From: a virus
Taxonomy: Duplodnaviria > Heunggongvirae > Uroviricota > Caudoviricetes
Reading direction: 5' to 3' (one strand)
Length of the DNA: 64,000 nucleotides
IMG/VR virus record: IMGVR_UViG_3300030332_001481
Location: 67,486 to 131,485 of that record
Below, in pieces: positions 10,057 through 17,604 of this stretch (positions are counted from its first letter, which is position 1; every line of letters begins with the position of its first letter). The translations under genes were made by a program, and so were the position numbers. The notes beneath the pieces were generated by a model. The model did no database searches. It was not told the DNA's origin and saw nothing but the letters and a program-made list of their open reading frames with translations.

Positions 10057-10398
10057 ATGACTACGCGTCTGGAACGGCTGTCCCGCTTCATCGGTACAGA
10101 AATCACTCAGCTCCCTGGTGACATCTACGACAACCTGGTGTCCTACCGGATTTTGGGCTTCAAGCCGTGGAATCTGGAACACCGCACCATCATCGTGAGC
10201 GTAGAGGCTCTCAATGACGCGGTGAACGAGGGACCACTACGCCAAATCATGAATCTACCCAAAAAAGGGGAGACAGTGAACCTGAACTTCCCGCTCACGC
10301 ACATCGAGGAGCTACTCCACACGGGCAAGATGACCATCAACTCTGCAATGCACACCGAGGTGTGGATGGTAGGTACAGGTAGCGATGAAGTACTTTGA
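10057..10398 (+). CDS. hypothetical protein
   Basis: ATG at 10057 inside the tracked ORF avoids overlap with the upstream gene. Confidence 0.4.
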   Translation: MTTRLERLSRFIGTEITQLPGDIYDNLVSYRILGFKPWNLEHRTIIVSVEALNDAVNEGPLRQIMNLPKKGETVNLNFPLTHIEELLHTGKMTINSAMHTEVWMVGTGSDEVL

Positions 10399-10744
10399 GC
10401 TGAAGAAGGACCACCTCACTCTCCTCAAAGAAGTTTCGTGGGATTGGAATGACTGCGCATTCGGGGCTCCGGCGATAGACTGCAAGCGCCCTTTTGGAAA
10501 CTCAGGCTACCAGGTCTACCATGATATCAACGCCGCTTTGGGAGGTCGATGGGACGTCTCCTTGGACGAAGACGGCGACTTCAGCGAGGAAGCTGAGCAC
10601 GAGATTCTAGATCTGTACACGGAGCTTATGGTGGCCTTACAGGTCATCTTCACGGCCCAGAGCCTCGAACCGGGTGTTTACCAGACAGACTCAGAGTGGC
10701 CGCACCAAGAGATCTGGAGCAAAAGCCCTACAAAAGAAAGCTAG
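10385..10744 (+). CDS. hypothetical protein
   Basis: 119-aa ORF. Confidence 0.45.
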   Translation: MKYFELKKDHLTLLKEVSWDWNDCAFGAPAIDCKRPFGNSGYQVYHDINAALGGRWDVSLDEDGDFSEEAEHEILDLYTELMVALQVIFTAQSLEPGVYQTDSEWPHQEIWSKSPTKES

Positions 10745-10745
10745 T

Positions 10746-11852
10746 ATGATTGATCTGACTACGTGGGAGTTCATCAAGAGCTTGTCACTCCGCGACACCA
10801 AGAGCCTGAGTCAAAAGGCCCTTAAGTGTGCGGAGGAGTGCGGTGAGCTTGCAAAGGCAGTCCTGCCGTACGAGGACGCTCCTGGTACGTTGCACAGGTT
10901 CGGAAACCGCGCAGCTGTGCTTGAGGAGTGTGTGGACACCATCCTGACCGCTGTCTCCATTGCCTACGACATTGGTGCGTCCCACGAGGAGATCAATGAC
11001 GAGCTTCTTCGAAAGTCTCGCTACTGGGGGGACATCCAGTCTGTGGAGAATACCATCGAGTGGCCCCTGCCTTTCGAAATCCATGTGACTGTGGACGCGT
11101 CGACCTTCAACTGGCCTCTGTTGGAAGTCTCTGACGCGGATAGAGTTGTCGCTGCGTTTCGTGAGGCGTGCGCAGAGGTAGGAGTCAAGCCCCTCCTCCT
11201 TGACCTTGATCTGCACGACGCAGGATCCCTGAAGGACCTGATGACCTCGTCGGTCCACATGGGAAGCAACTCCAGCGCGTACGCAGAGCTTTGTCGCATC
11301 TCTGAGTCTTTGAGCAAACAAGGCTTCATCGTTCTACGCGAGAAGATTGAAACCGTCCCCTGGCACCCAGCTGCCCCCTCTCACAGGAACGAGGGGAGCA
11401 CGATGCCGCCTCATTGCTACTTTGAGAGTCACATCCCAGTACTATGCCCACGGGACCGGGAAGGTGACCTGCGTGAACTGTGCTCCAGTGCTGGAGTTCA
11501 CATGTCACGGAACGCCTTCAAGAAGGTCGACGACAACTGCAACGTCATTATGGTGACGATGCGGAATAGCGATACTATGCGGGAGGAGTTCGACCGTGCG
11601 CTGGCTGAGGTGACAGCGACTCTAGAAAACGCGGACTTCGACCTAGGAAAGGTCATCACGGAGTTCAGCGTCTTCGACACTCGACAGAGCTATGACAGCT
11701 CGTGGATCGCGGCACGATCGGCTTCTCCGGAACGTAGTTCCTTCATGCAAGGAGTCGAAAAGGCGCGTGACAGTCTTAGGAGTAAGGGATTCAAGATAGA
11801 ACTGTTTGACACATTGGAGAGGGTGAATGATACAAGCGAGGAGGACGCGTGA
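10746..11852 (+). CDS. MazG-like nucleotide pyrophosphohydrolase domain protein with a C-terminal extension
   Basis: EExGEL-type motif AEECGELAKAV ... ECVDTILTAVSIAYD; ATG immediately after the upstream stop. Confidence 0.55.
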   Translation: MIDLTTWEFIKSLSLRDTKSLSQKALKCAEECGELAKAVLPYEDAPGTLHRFGNRAAVLEECVDTILTAVSIAYDIGASHEEINDELLRKSRYWGDIQSVENTIEWPLPFEIHVTVDASTFNWPLLEVSDADRVVAAFREACAEVGVKPLLLDLDLHDAGSLKDLMTSSVHMGSNSSAYAELCRISESLSKQGFIVLREKIETVPWHPAAPSHRNEGSTMPPHCYFESHIPVLCPRDREGDLRELCSSAGVHMSRNAFKKVDDNCNVIMVTMRNSDTMREEFDRALAEVTATLENADFDLGKVITEFSVFDTRQSYDSSWIAARSASPERSSFMQGVEKARDSLRSKGFKIELFDTLERVNDTSEEDA

Positions 11853-11860
11853 CTGACCTG
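11840..11860 (+). repeat. 21-nt direct repeat copy 1 (GGAGGACGCGTGACTGACCTG) containing RBS, GTG start and the upstream stop
   Basis: Identical to 12135-12155; the two copies precisely bracket the gene 11849-12151. Confidence 0.8.
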
Positions 11861-12151
11861 GACAGAGAAGGAGAGATGGACGAGAAGAAGCATGAGCCGC
11901 TGATCGTCGATGTCACGGAGGAAGACATTGCCATCGGAAGAGAGTGCGACTGCATGAGGTGCCCTATCGCCCGCGCAGTCAACCGCGCCTACCCACCAGG
12001 CGGATACCGCGTGCATGAGGGCGAGATCGACCTCGATGGACTGACCTGGGGCCTCCCAGACGAGGCTTGCGATTTTGTCTTCGCGTTCGACATCGGCGAC
12101 AGCGTGGAGCCGTTCACCTTCACGGCGCAGCCGCGGAGGACGCGTGACTGA
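11849..12151 (+). CDS. hypothetical protein (MTDL N-terminus)
   Basis: GTG start inside GGAGGACGCGTGACTGACCTG; bounded by 21-nt direct repeats. Confidence 0.45.
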   Translation: MTDLDREGEMDEKKHEPLIVDVTEEDIAIGRECDCMRCPIARAVNRAYPPGGYRVHEGEIDLDGLTWGLPDEACDFVFAFDIGDSVEPFTFTAQPRRTRD

Positions 12152-12155
12152 CCTG
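12135..12155 (+). repeat. 21-nt direct repeat copy 2 (GGAGGACGCGTGACTGACCTG)
   Basis: Identical to 11840-11860. Confidence 0.8.
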
Positions 12156-12632
12156 TCCGACATTACCGCCGAGGACCTGCGGAGGTACCTGCGAGCGGAG
12201 GGGTGGGAGGCCGTCGACACCTACGGACTCGGCGACGTCTGGCGCCACCCGAGCGGCAAGCCGCCTTGCGCGGTGACCGTGCCCTTCCACGCCGACGACT
12301 ACGAGGACCGGATGCAGATCGATAACGCGATCGCCGCCGTCGCCCAGATTGAGCGGCGTCCGAGTGTTGCTGAGCAGTTGATCGCCGACGTGCGCAGGCT
12401 GCGAGACGAGGCGCAGGCCCCGCCCGAGCCGGCTGCCGACGTGCGCACGGTGACGCGCTGCGAGGACTGCCCGGCGTCGTACGTGACCCTGGACCCACTC
12501 TGCGGTCCGGAGCGGTGGTGCGGCCTGGACGACGCGCGAGCCCCGTCGGAGGGCATCCCGCCCGACTGGTGCCCCCTCCGACGGGGGCCGGTGACGCTGC
12601 GACTGGAGGTGAACGGTGGCGGCCAACCATGA
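12144..12632 (+). CDS. hypothetical protein (MTDL N-terminus), GC-rich
   Basis: GTG start in the second copy of the 21-nt repeat with an RBS-like GGAGGA; region about 70% GC. Confidence 0.45.
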   Translation: MTDLSDITAEDLRRYLRAEGWEAVDTYGLGDVWRHPSGKPPCAVTVPFHADDYEDRMQIDNAIAAVAQIERRPSVAEQLIADVRRLRDEAQAPPEPAADVRTVTRCEDCPASYVTLDPLCGPERWCGLDDARAPSEGIPPDWCPLRRGPVTLRLEVNGGGQP

Positions 12633-12937
12633 CTGACCGCGAGCGTAAGGTATGGGATTTAGGCGAAGTTATTGACTTCGCCCATCTGGCCAAGAGCCGG
12701 GGGTTGTCTATCTCCACAGGACCTGGCGACGTGTTCCTGTCGGTGTACAGCGTCGAAGGGGATTGGTCGTACCATATCCGCTTCTGGCATGACGGTAGGG
12801 TTGACACCTTGGCTGGAGAGTTCCTAAAGGGACTAAAACCCGTGTGGATGCTCCCAGAGCCAGAAGAGTGGCGTTGCTTTTTCGGCCTCAACACGCTCGA
12901 TCAAGACGCCCTGATTTCAACCAGCACGAAAGGTTAA
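12629..12937 (+). CDS. hypothetical protein (MTDR N-terminus)
   Basis: ATGACTGACCGC start overlapping the upstream TGA. Confidence 0.45.
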   Translation: MTDRERKVWDLGEVIDFAHLAKSRGLSISTGPGDVFLSVYSVEGDWSYHIRFWHDGRVDTLAGEFLKGLKPVWMLPEPEEWRCFFGLNTLDQDALISTSTKG

Positions 12938-12938
12938 C

Positions 12939-13352
12939 ATGAGCAAGAGAAAGTTTAAGTACTTCACCCTCACCTCCAACGTTGAGTTGGCTGTCGACTT
13001 CTACGGCAAGCCCACAGCACAGGAGCAGCGAACGCTTGAGTCAAAGTGGGTCACAGCAACTAAGCTGACATCAGAGCTAGATGACGCGCTTTGTGAGCTG
13101 TACAGAGGTCTTAGTTACACTGAGGTTCACGCGGTGTACACCGAGCTAGACAAGTCAGATCGAGAAAAGCCCCGTCTGTCCATGACCTTCAAAATCTACG
13201 GTGAGCGGCCTCAAACCGCGGAAGAGAAGGAGCGGTGGAAGGCCGAACAGGAGGAGGAAGTCGATTTGCAGGTCACAAGAGACATGCAGGAGCTGCGTGA
13301 AATCAAGGAGAGGAACCCCGAGCTACTGGCGCAGGTACTCAACGAAGGCTGA
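12939..13352 (+). CDS. hypothetical protein
   Basis: 137-aa ORF. Confidence 0.5.
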   Translation: MSKRKFKYFTLTSNVELAVDFYGKPTAQEQRTLESKWVTATKLTSELDDALCELYRGLSYTEVHAVYTELDKSDREKPRLSMTFKIYGERPQTAEEKERWKAEQEEEVDLQVTRDMQELREIKERNPELLAQVLNEG

Positions 13353-13376
13353 ACATGGATTCCGAGGGGAAATGAA

Positions 13377-13448
13377 TGACCCTGCGGAGACTCGAACTCC
13401 GTTCCAGAGGGTGAAAGCCTCTGATCCTAGCCTATAGACGACAGGGCC
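13377..13448 (-). tRNA. tRNA-Glu (anticodon TTC)
   Basis: Cloverleaf read by eye; anticodon loop CTTTCAC; T loop GAGTTCGAGTCTC; Glu-like D arm TCGTCTATAGGCTAGGA. Confidence 0.7.
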
Positions 13449-13450
13449 GT

Positions 13451-13523
13451 CGCTCCCACAGGGAGTTGAACCCTGGTTTCCCGGCTGAGAACCGGGTGTC
13501 CTTGGCCTCTAGACGATGGGAGC
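13451..13523 (-). tRNA. tRNA-Glu (anticodon CTC)
   Basis: Anticodon stem CCCGG/CCGGG with loop TTCTCAG; Glu-like D arm. Confidence 0.6.
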
Positions 13524-13527
13524 TTAG

Positions 13528-13610
13528 CGGAAGGAGGAGGAGTCGAACCCCTGTGTTTTACCACCTCCGGTGTTCAAAGCCGGCGGCCCACCACTGAGCC
13601 TTCACCTTCC
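13528..13610 (-). tRNA. tRNA-Ser (anticodon TGA), type II; imperfect
   Basis: Ser-like acceptor GGAAGG, long variable arm, loop TTTGAAC with a C.A mismatch at 31-39, T loop TTCGACT; U7.U66 mismatch. Confidence 0.5.
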
Positions 13611-13617
13611 TTACGAG

Positions 13618-13702
13618 CGGTAGTCGGAGGTCTCGATCCCCAGTGCCCTGCAGCACCGCTCCGATTAGCAATCGGGCTTGATCCCTGATCAATTCGACTA
13701 CC
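13618..13702 (-). tRNA. tRNA-Ser (anticodon GCT), type II
   Basis: Anticodon loop TTGCTAA, long variable arm, acceptor GGTAGTC/GACTACC. Confidence 0.6.
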
Positions 13703-13708
13703 AGAAAG

Positions 13709-13793
13709 TGGAAGGAGACGGAATCGAACCGCAACGCTGTTACACGTCCAGCCGCTTTCCAAGCGGTACCTATCCCAGATAGGATCACCTTCC
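13709..13793 (-). tRNA. tRNA-Ser (anticodon GGA), type II
   Basis: Anticodon loop TTGGAAA, long variable arm, T loop TTCGATT. Confidence 0.6.
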
Positions 13794-13973
13794 GAGCACT
13801 TGTTCTTGCTTTTGTGGTCCCGCTCAAGCTCCACTCCATCCAGAGTACCAGTCCAGACTTCGCTTCACAGCTTGACACTGCTTTGTCTTCAGGTGATCAA
13901 TCCTTCGCAACAACGCAGCGCCTCGGCTCTTTTGGTACCAGCCTCAGGCGGGTCCACAAAAGCAAGAACTAAA
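13794..13973 (-). other. 180-nt structured spacer inside the tRNA array, closed by 22-bp inverted repeats; no tRNA fold recognised
   Basis: CTTGTTCTTGCTTTTGTGGTCCCGC (13797-13821) pairs with GCGGGTCCACAAAAGCAAGAAC (13946-13967) across about 125 nt. Confidence 0.4.
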
Positions 13974-14046
13974 TCGGGGAGACCGGATTCGAACCGATGT
14001 CCCATGCTCCCAAAGCATGTGCTAAACCAGCCTCAGCTACACCCCG
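13974..14046 (-). tRNA. tRNA-Pro (anticodon TGG)
   Basis: Anticodon stem CATGC/GCATG with loop TTTGGGA; T arm ATCGG-TTCGAAT-CCGGT. Confidence 0.65.
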
Positions 14047-14078
14047 ATATTTGGCGGCCTTAGGGTGGCCGCCGACCC
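14047..14078 (-). terminator. GC hairpin just downstream of the minus-strand HNH gene (possible terminator)
   Basis: GGCGGCC-TTAGGGT-GGCCGCC hairpin followed on the minus strand by AAATAT. Confidence 0.3.
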
Positions 14079-14079
14079 T

Positions 14080-14643
14080 TTAGGAACCCTCGTCTAGAGT
14101 TCCGTGCCAGTAGCACCAGTTGGCCCACTGTTCAGGCAACGTCGATTGCGGATCGATGTGGAACCGCACCACGGGCAAGCTATTGGGCTTTACAGGCTTA
14201 CTGAGCAGCCGCATGTTTGCTTGAGCAGGGGTCTGGTTGCCCTTAGTGCTGTTGCACTTTTGGCATGCCATGACAATGTTCTCCCAGGTAGTCTTACCTC
14301 CCTGGGCCCTCGGAATTACGTGGTCGTAGGTGAGACGCTTAAGTGTGTGCTTCGTACCGCAGTACTGGCACCTGTACTTGTCTCGGGTGGCAACGTTGAT
14401 TCGAGAGAACTTGACGCTGCGGCGACGAGCCACTTTGCGCAGCAGACGAACTACTGCGGGCATTTTGATGGTAATAGAGATTGAGCGGATGTCTTCGTCG
14501 TACTCCTCCAAGATCTCTACCTTGCCTTGGAACAACATCGTCACCGCTCTCTGCCAAGAGACGACTCGATGAGGTGAGTACGACTGATCGAGCACGAGCG
14601 TCCTCATTTCAGTCTCCTGGTTAATCAAATAAGCTGTCACCAA
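14080..14643 (-). CDS. HNH endonuclease
   Basis: [44 protein letters not shown]. Confidence 0.75.
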   Translation of the reverse strand: MVTAYLINQETEMRTLVLDQSYSPHRVVSWQRAVTMLFQGKVEILEEYDEDIRSISITIKMPAVVRLLRKVARRRSVKFSRINVATRDKYRCQYCGTKHTLKRLTYDHVIPRAQGGKTTWENIVMACQKCNSTKGNQTPAQANMRLLSKPVKPNSLPVVRFHIDPQSTLPEQWANWCYWHGTLDEGS

Positions 14644-14666
14644 CCCACCCTGTAAAGAGGTAAGCT

Positions 14667-15041
14667 ATGCGACCTATTCCGACTCTGAGTGGCACCTGCG
14701 TACAGTGCGAGCGATATACGATGGTCCACGACGACGACACGTGCGATGCGTGCGTATCCCGCATCCCGCCTCCCCCACGGAATCCAGGAAGGGTTCAAGT
14801 GATCCTGTCCTACACTTTCCTGGGGAGTCTTGGACTTGGGGTTTTAGCAGCCGTGCTGTACTGCTGCGCGGCCACCGTCCGGTGGGGCTTCGGCGAGCAG
14901 GTGAGCAGCCCAGCAGTATTTGGGCTTGTCATTTGGTTTGTGCTGTTCGTTGTATCCGTTGTATATGCAGCTGATGTAGTGTGTGCGCACCTGGGTAACT
15001 CTTCGAGAGAAGGCCGTGCCACTCGACCCAAAGAGTTCTGA
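14667..15041 (+). CDS. putative small membrane protein with an N-terminal zinc ribbon
   Basis: CVQCERY...CDAC, then two hydrophobic helices. Confidence 0.35.
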   Translation: MRPIPTLSGTCVQCERYTMVHDDDTCDACVSRIPPPPRNPGRVQVILSYTFLGSLGLGVLAAVLYCCAATVRWGFGEQVSSPAVFGLVIWFVLFVVSVVYAADVVCAHLGNSSREGRATRPKEF

Positions 15042-15042
15042 T

Positions 15043-15100
15043 GGTAGCCGCGGTCGGATTCGAACCGACACTGTTCCTGAAACTAGCGTCTGTTCTCAGA
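15043..15100 (-). other. tRNA 3'-half-like sequence (variable, T arm, acceptor 3' strand, encoded CCA) flanking the IS right end
   Basis: GTCGG-TTCGAAT-CCGAC-CGCGGCT-A-CCA; no matching 5' acceptor strand found nearby. Confidence 0.4.
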
Positions 15101-15236
15101 GTCTTACCTGACATTCTCATGCCGGTGCTCTGTTGACGCTTCACTCGGGCTGGTTTCGCCATCTGCCGTAAGGCAGTTGGCCAGAGCCTTCCCGTCCACG
15201 TCCTGCAACCGAGGAACCCCCGGCCGTAAGTTTATT
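15069..15236 (-). ncRNA. TnpB-associated omega RNA (right-end element RNA): scaffold 15090-15236 overlapping the tnpB 3' end, guide-like flank 15069-15089
   Basis: 147-nt block near-identical to a second copy at 29663-29809, with an internal GNRA-loop hairpin. Confidence 0.55.
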
Positions 15237-16321
15237 GCTGCGTTGAGGTCACGGTCACAGTTGAATCCGCAGACTTCGCAGTTGAAAGTTCGCTCACTGA
15301 GCGTTAGCGATCCATTTACGGCTCCACAAGAGGAGCACGTTTTTGACGACGGGTAAAATCGGTCATGCACGAATACTTCTGACCCGTACCACTTGGCCTT
15401 GTATTCGAGCTGCCTACGTACCTCAAAAAACGAAACGTCATGAATCGCCTTGGACAGCCGTCTGTTCTTTACCATACCACTGACATTGAGGTCTTCGATC
15501 CCAATGTGACCGTACGACTTAGACACGATAGACGTCATCTTGTGAAGTGCGTCTCTGCGCTGGCAAGAGATTCGGTAATACAGACGTGCAACCGCTGCCC
15601 TTTTTCTTTTGTACCTATTTGACCCCTTCACTGACCTGCTCAGTGACTGTTGGAGTCTTCTTAGTTTCCTTTCACTGTTTCTTAGTGCTCTAGGGTTAGA
15701 GAACACGGTTCCGTCAGACAGGGTTGCCAGTGTCTTTATTCCTAGGTCGACTCCGACCGAGTCTCCGTGGTTCTTGGGGACCTCGATGTCCTCCTCGACC
15801 TGGAATGAGACAAACCAGTGACCTGCCCTTTCAGATACCGTTGCAGATAGGATCCTGCCCTTGATTTTGGGCGTCTCTTTTAGCCTGATGCGTCCGAGTC
15901 TCGGGAGCTGAACATGCCGATCAAGTACCTTGATCACACCGTATAGCTTGAACGTGCCCAGGCCCTTCTTTTTACTCTTGAAGCGCGGAAATCTTGCCCT
16001 CTTCGAGAAGAAGTTGTCGTATGCTCGGTCCAGGTCGCGTAGTGCTTCCTGCATTGCACACTTGGACACCTCGTACATCCACGGGAACTCTGTCTTCTTG
16101 AGGGCATTGAGCTGCTTGTGCTGTGTCATCGCCTTGGATGACTTGTACTTAGGCAGTTCTTCCCCGGCGGCCTCCTTGGCCTTGTACTCAGCGTATTCGT
16201 CAATGCGGCGTCGAAGGCCCCAGTTAAAAGCGAAGCGCGCAGCACCACAATGGCGAACGAGATGTCCTCGTTGCTTGTTGTTAGGTCGCATCTCGACCTT
16301 GTAAGCGCGATTAATCCTCAT
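15104..16321 (-). CDS. tnpB: TnpB (OrfB) RNA-guided endonuclease of the IS200/IS605 family
   Basis: C-terminal RuvC-like split with zinc finger: SKTCSSCG...CEVCGFNCDRDLNAAINL; N-terminal region typical of OrfB. Confidence 0.85.
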   Translation of the reverse strand: MRINRAYKVEMRPNNKQRGHLVRHCGAARFAFNWGLRRRIDEYAEYKAKEAAGEELPKYKSSKAMTQHKQLNALKKTEFPWMYEVSKCAMQEALRDLDRAYDNFFSKRARFPRFKSKKKGLGTFKLYGVIKVLDRHVQLPRLGRIRLKETPKIKGRILSATVSERAGHWFVSFQVEEDIEVPKNHGDSVGVDLGIKTLATLSDGTVFSNPRALRNSERKLRRLQQSLSRSVKGSNRYKRKRAAVARLYYRISCQRRDALHKMTSIVSKSYGHIGIEDLNVSGMVKNRRLSKAIHDVSFFEVRRQLEYKAKWYGSEVFVHDRFYPSSKTCSSCGAVNGSLTLSERTFNCEVCGFNCDRDLNAAINLRPGVPRLQDVDGKALANCLTADGETSPSEASTEHRHENVR

Positions 16322-16350
16322 CACCTGAGGTACTCAGTTTACATGGTAAA

Positions 16351-16422
16351 CGTCCCCACGTGGATTCGAACCACGATTTTCGACTTAGGAGGTCGAAGTT
16401 CTATCCATTGAACTATAGGGAC
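16351..16422 (-). tRNA. tRNA-Arg (anticodon CCT)
   Basis: Anticodon stem TCGAC/GTCGA with loop CTCCTAA; T arm CGTGG-TTCGAAT-CCACG. Confidence 0.7.
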
Positions 16423-16428
16423 AACTAG

Positions 16429-16501
16429 CGATCGCGATAGGAATCGAACCTACAACCGCCCGGTTCGTAGCCGGGTGCTCATCCTGTTGAGCTTCGCGAT
16501 C
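16429..16501 (-). tRNA. tRNA-Arg (anticodon ACG)
   Basis: Anticodon stem CCCGG/CCGGG with loop CTACGAA; acceptor GATCGCG/CGCGATC. Confidence 0.75.
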
Positions 16502-16505
16502 CAAG

Positions 16506-16575
16506 AGGCGCAGGTGAGAATCGAACTCGACCTTCGCGGATTTGCAGTCCGCGTCCTTCCCAGAAGGACCGCGCC
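16506..16575 (-). tRNA. tRNA-Cys (anticodon GCA)
   Basis: Acceptor GGCGCGG, discriminator U, anticodon stem GCGGA/TCCGC with loop CTGCAAA; T stem imperfect. Confidence 0.55.
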
Positions 16576-16578
16576 GAA

Positions 16579-16650
16579 AGCGGGTAGTCGGAATCGAACC
16601 GACTTATCCAGGGTGGAAGCCTGGCGCATCGCCATCAATGCTTTACCCGC
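16579..16650 (-). tRNA. tRNA-Gly (anticodon TCC)
   Basis: Acceptor GCGGGTA/TACCCGC, anticodon stem CCAGG/CCTGG with loop CTTCCAC. Confidence 0.75.
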
Positions 16651-16656
16651 GAGAAG

Positions 16657-16740
16657 TGGGCCCTGATGGAATCGAACCACATAGCCAATTGGCACCTGTG
16701 TTACAGACAGGGGACCGTCCCAGCGATCTATTCAGAACCC
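16657..16740 (-). tRNA. tRNA-Tyr (anticodon GTA), type II; non-canonical 5' region
   Basis: Anticodon stem CCTGT/ACAGG with loop CTGTAAC, long variable arm; acceptor needs two G.U pairs; D region atypical. Confidence 0.45.
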
Positions 16741-16745
16741 GAAAG

Positions 16746-16818
16746 TGGAGCTGAGGGGAATCGAACCCCTGACCCCCTGTCTGCCAGACAGGTGCTCTCC
16801 CAACTGAGCTACAGCCCC
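16746..16818 (-). tRNA. tRNA-Ala (anticodon GGC)
   Basis: G3.U70 present; anticodon stem CCTGT/ACAGG with loop CTGGCAG. Confidence 0.75.
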
Positions 16819-16825
16819 AATTGTG

Positions 16826-16893
16826 TCGTTCGAGTGGGACTCGAACCCACGGCCTCTTGCATGCTAGCGCTCTCCCAGCTGAGCTACCGAACG
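16826..16893 (-). pseudogene. tRNA-like element with canonical D and T arms but a truncated anticodon/variable region; acceptor pairing extends to an 11-bp inverted repeat
   Basis: Only 17 nt (CTAGCATGCAAGAGGCC) lie between the D arm and the T arm, and no 5-bp/7-nt/5-bp arm can be drawn there. Confidence 0.35.
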
Positions 16894-16898
16894 ACACA

Positions 16899-16971
16899 TG
16901 TACCCGGACGGAATTGAACCGACATCCAGCGGACCACAACCGCGTGCTCTAGCCGTTGAGCTACAGGTACC
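16899..16971 (-). tRNA. tRNA-His (anticodon GTG) with genome-encoded G-1 and A73
   Basis: Anticodon loop TTGTGGT; an extra 5' G precedes the GTACCTG acceptor; discriminator A. Confidence 0.7.
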
Positions 16972-16975
16972 ACAA

Positions 16976-17048
16976 AGCTCCGAGCCGGACTCGAACCGGC
17001 CGTCTCCCACGTACCAAGCGGGTGAAGCGCCACCTCTTCTTTCGGAGC
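16976..17048 (-). tRNA. tRNA-Thr (anticodon GGT)
   Basis: Acceptor GCTCCGA/TCGGAGC, anticodon loop TTGGTAC. Confidence 0.7.
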
Positions 17049-17055
17049 AATACTA

Positions 17056-17127
17056 TTGGTCCACTGGGAATCGAACCCAGATTTCTCGCGTATCAGACGA
17101 GTGCCCTAACCATTAGACGATGGACCA
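17056..17127 (-). tRNA. tRNA-Ile (anticodon GAT)
   Basis: Anticodon stem CTCGT/GCGAG with loop CTGATAC; U1-A72. Confidence 0.7.
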
Positions 17128-17132
17128 GTGAG

Positions 17133-17215
17133 TGGTGGAGGAGGGACTCGAACCCACAATTCCCGAAGGAGCCGGATTTACAGTCCGGTGCCGCTACCTG
17201 TGCGACGTCTCCACC
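17133..17215 (-). tRNA. tRNA-Tyr (anticodon GTA), type II
   Basis: Anticodon stem CCGGA/TCCGG with loop CTGTAAA; long variable arm; acceptor GGTGGAG/CTCCACC. Confidence 0.7.
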
Positions 17216-17218
17216 CCA

Positions 17219-17291
17219 TGCTCGGAGTCGGAATTGAACCGACGACACCCTGATCTTCAATCAAGTGCTCTACCTGCTGAGCTATCCGAGC
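17219..17291 (-). tRNA. tRNA-Phe (anticodon GAA)
   Basis: Acceptor GCTCGGA/TCCGAGC, anticodon loop TTGAAGA; Phe-like overall. Confidence 0.75.
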
Positions 17292-17306
17292 CTGTAAAAT
17301 CAAGCC

Positions 17307-17567
17307 ATGACTGACTATTACGACTTTGAGTTTCCCGTGAAGCTCGATCGAAGCAGAACATCAATAGATGTTCTCACTCCGCTGAACGAGATGCATGGGT
17401 ACGTCCCGTCCTGGGATCCAGTAGACCAACAGTCTGACCATGTCAGAGCAGTCCGGACCGCGAAGGCCCAGCTCAACTCCAGCTACATCGGGGCCTTCCG
17501 CCTCCACAAGGACGGCACCATTACTCTACGGTCCCTACGGGAATCGAACCCGCCCACACCTGGATGA
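17307..17567 (+). CDS. possible small protein (MTDYYDF N-terminus) in the gap between tRNAs; 3' end overlaps tRNA-Asp on the opposite strand
   Basis: ATGACTGAC start typical of this genome; 230-nt tRNA-free gap. Confidence 0.3.
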   Translation: MTDYYDFEFPVKLDRSRTSIDVLTPLNEMHGYVPSWDPVDQQSDHVRAVRTAKAQLNSSYIGAFRLHKDGTITLRSLRESNPPTPG

Positions 17568-17601
17568 CAACCAGGCTGCCTTCCCAGCAGCATCAAGGAC
17601 C
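17529..17601 (-). tRNA. tRNA-Asp (anticodon GTC)
   Basis: Anticodon stem CCTGG/CCAGG with loop TTGTCAT; T arm GCGGG-TTCGATT-CCCGT; discriminator G. Confidence 0.7.
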
Positions 17602-17604
17602 TAA

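Larger units (their letters stand above)
15047..16350 (-). mobile_element. IS200/IS605-family insertion element carrying tnpB only; no tnpA nearby
   Basis: TnpB ORF with a conserved 3' scaffold; palindromic GTTTAC...GTAAAC at the left end next to the tRNA-Arg trailer. Confidence 0.6.

Noticed and set aside
15043-15100. Possible complete tRNA overlapping the IS right end
   Set aside because: Only the 3' half (variable, T arm, acceptor 3' strand and CCA) is present. No complementary 5' acceptor strand could be found, so it is reported as a tRNA-half mimic instead.
13558-17567. Numerous 60-100-aa ORFs in the track within the tRNA arrays
   Set aside because: They overlap confidently folded tRNA genes. 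The one exception is 17307-17567, kept at low confidence because it lies in a real gap and has the MTD start typical of this genome.
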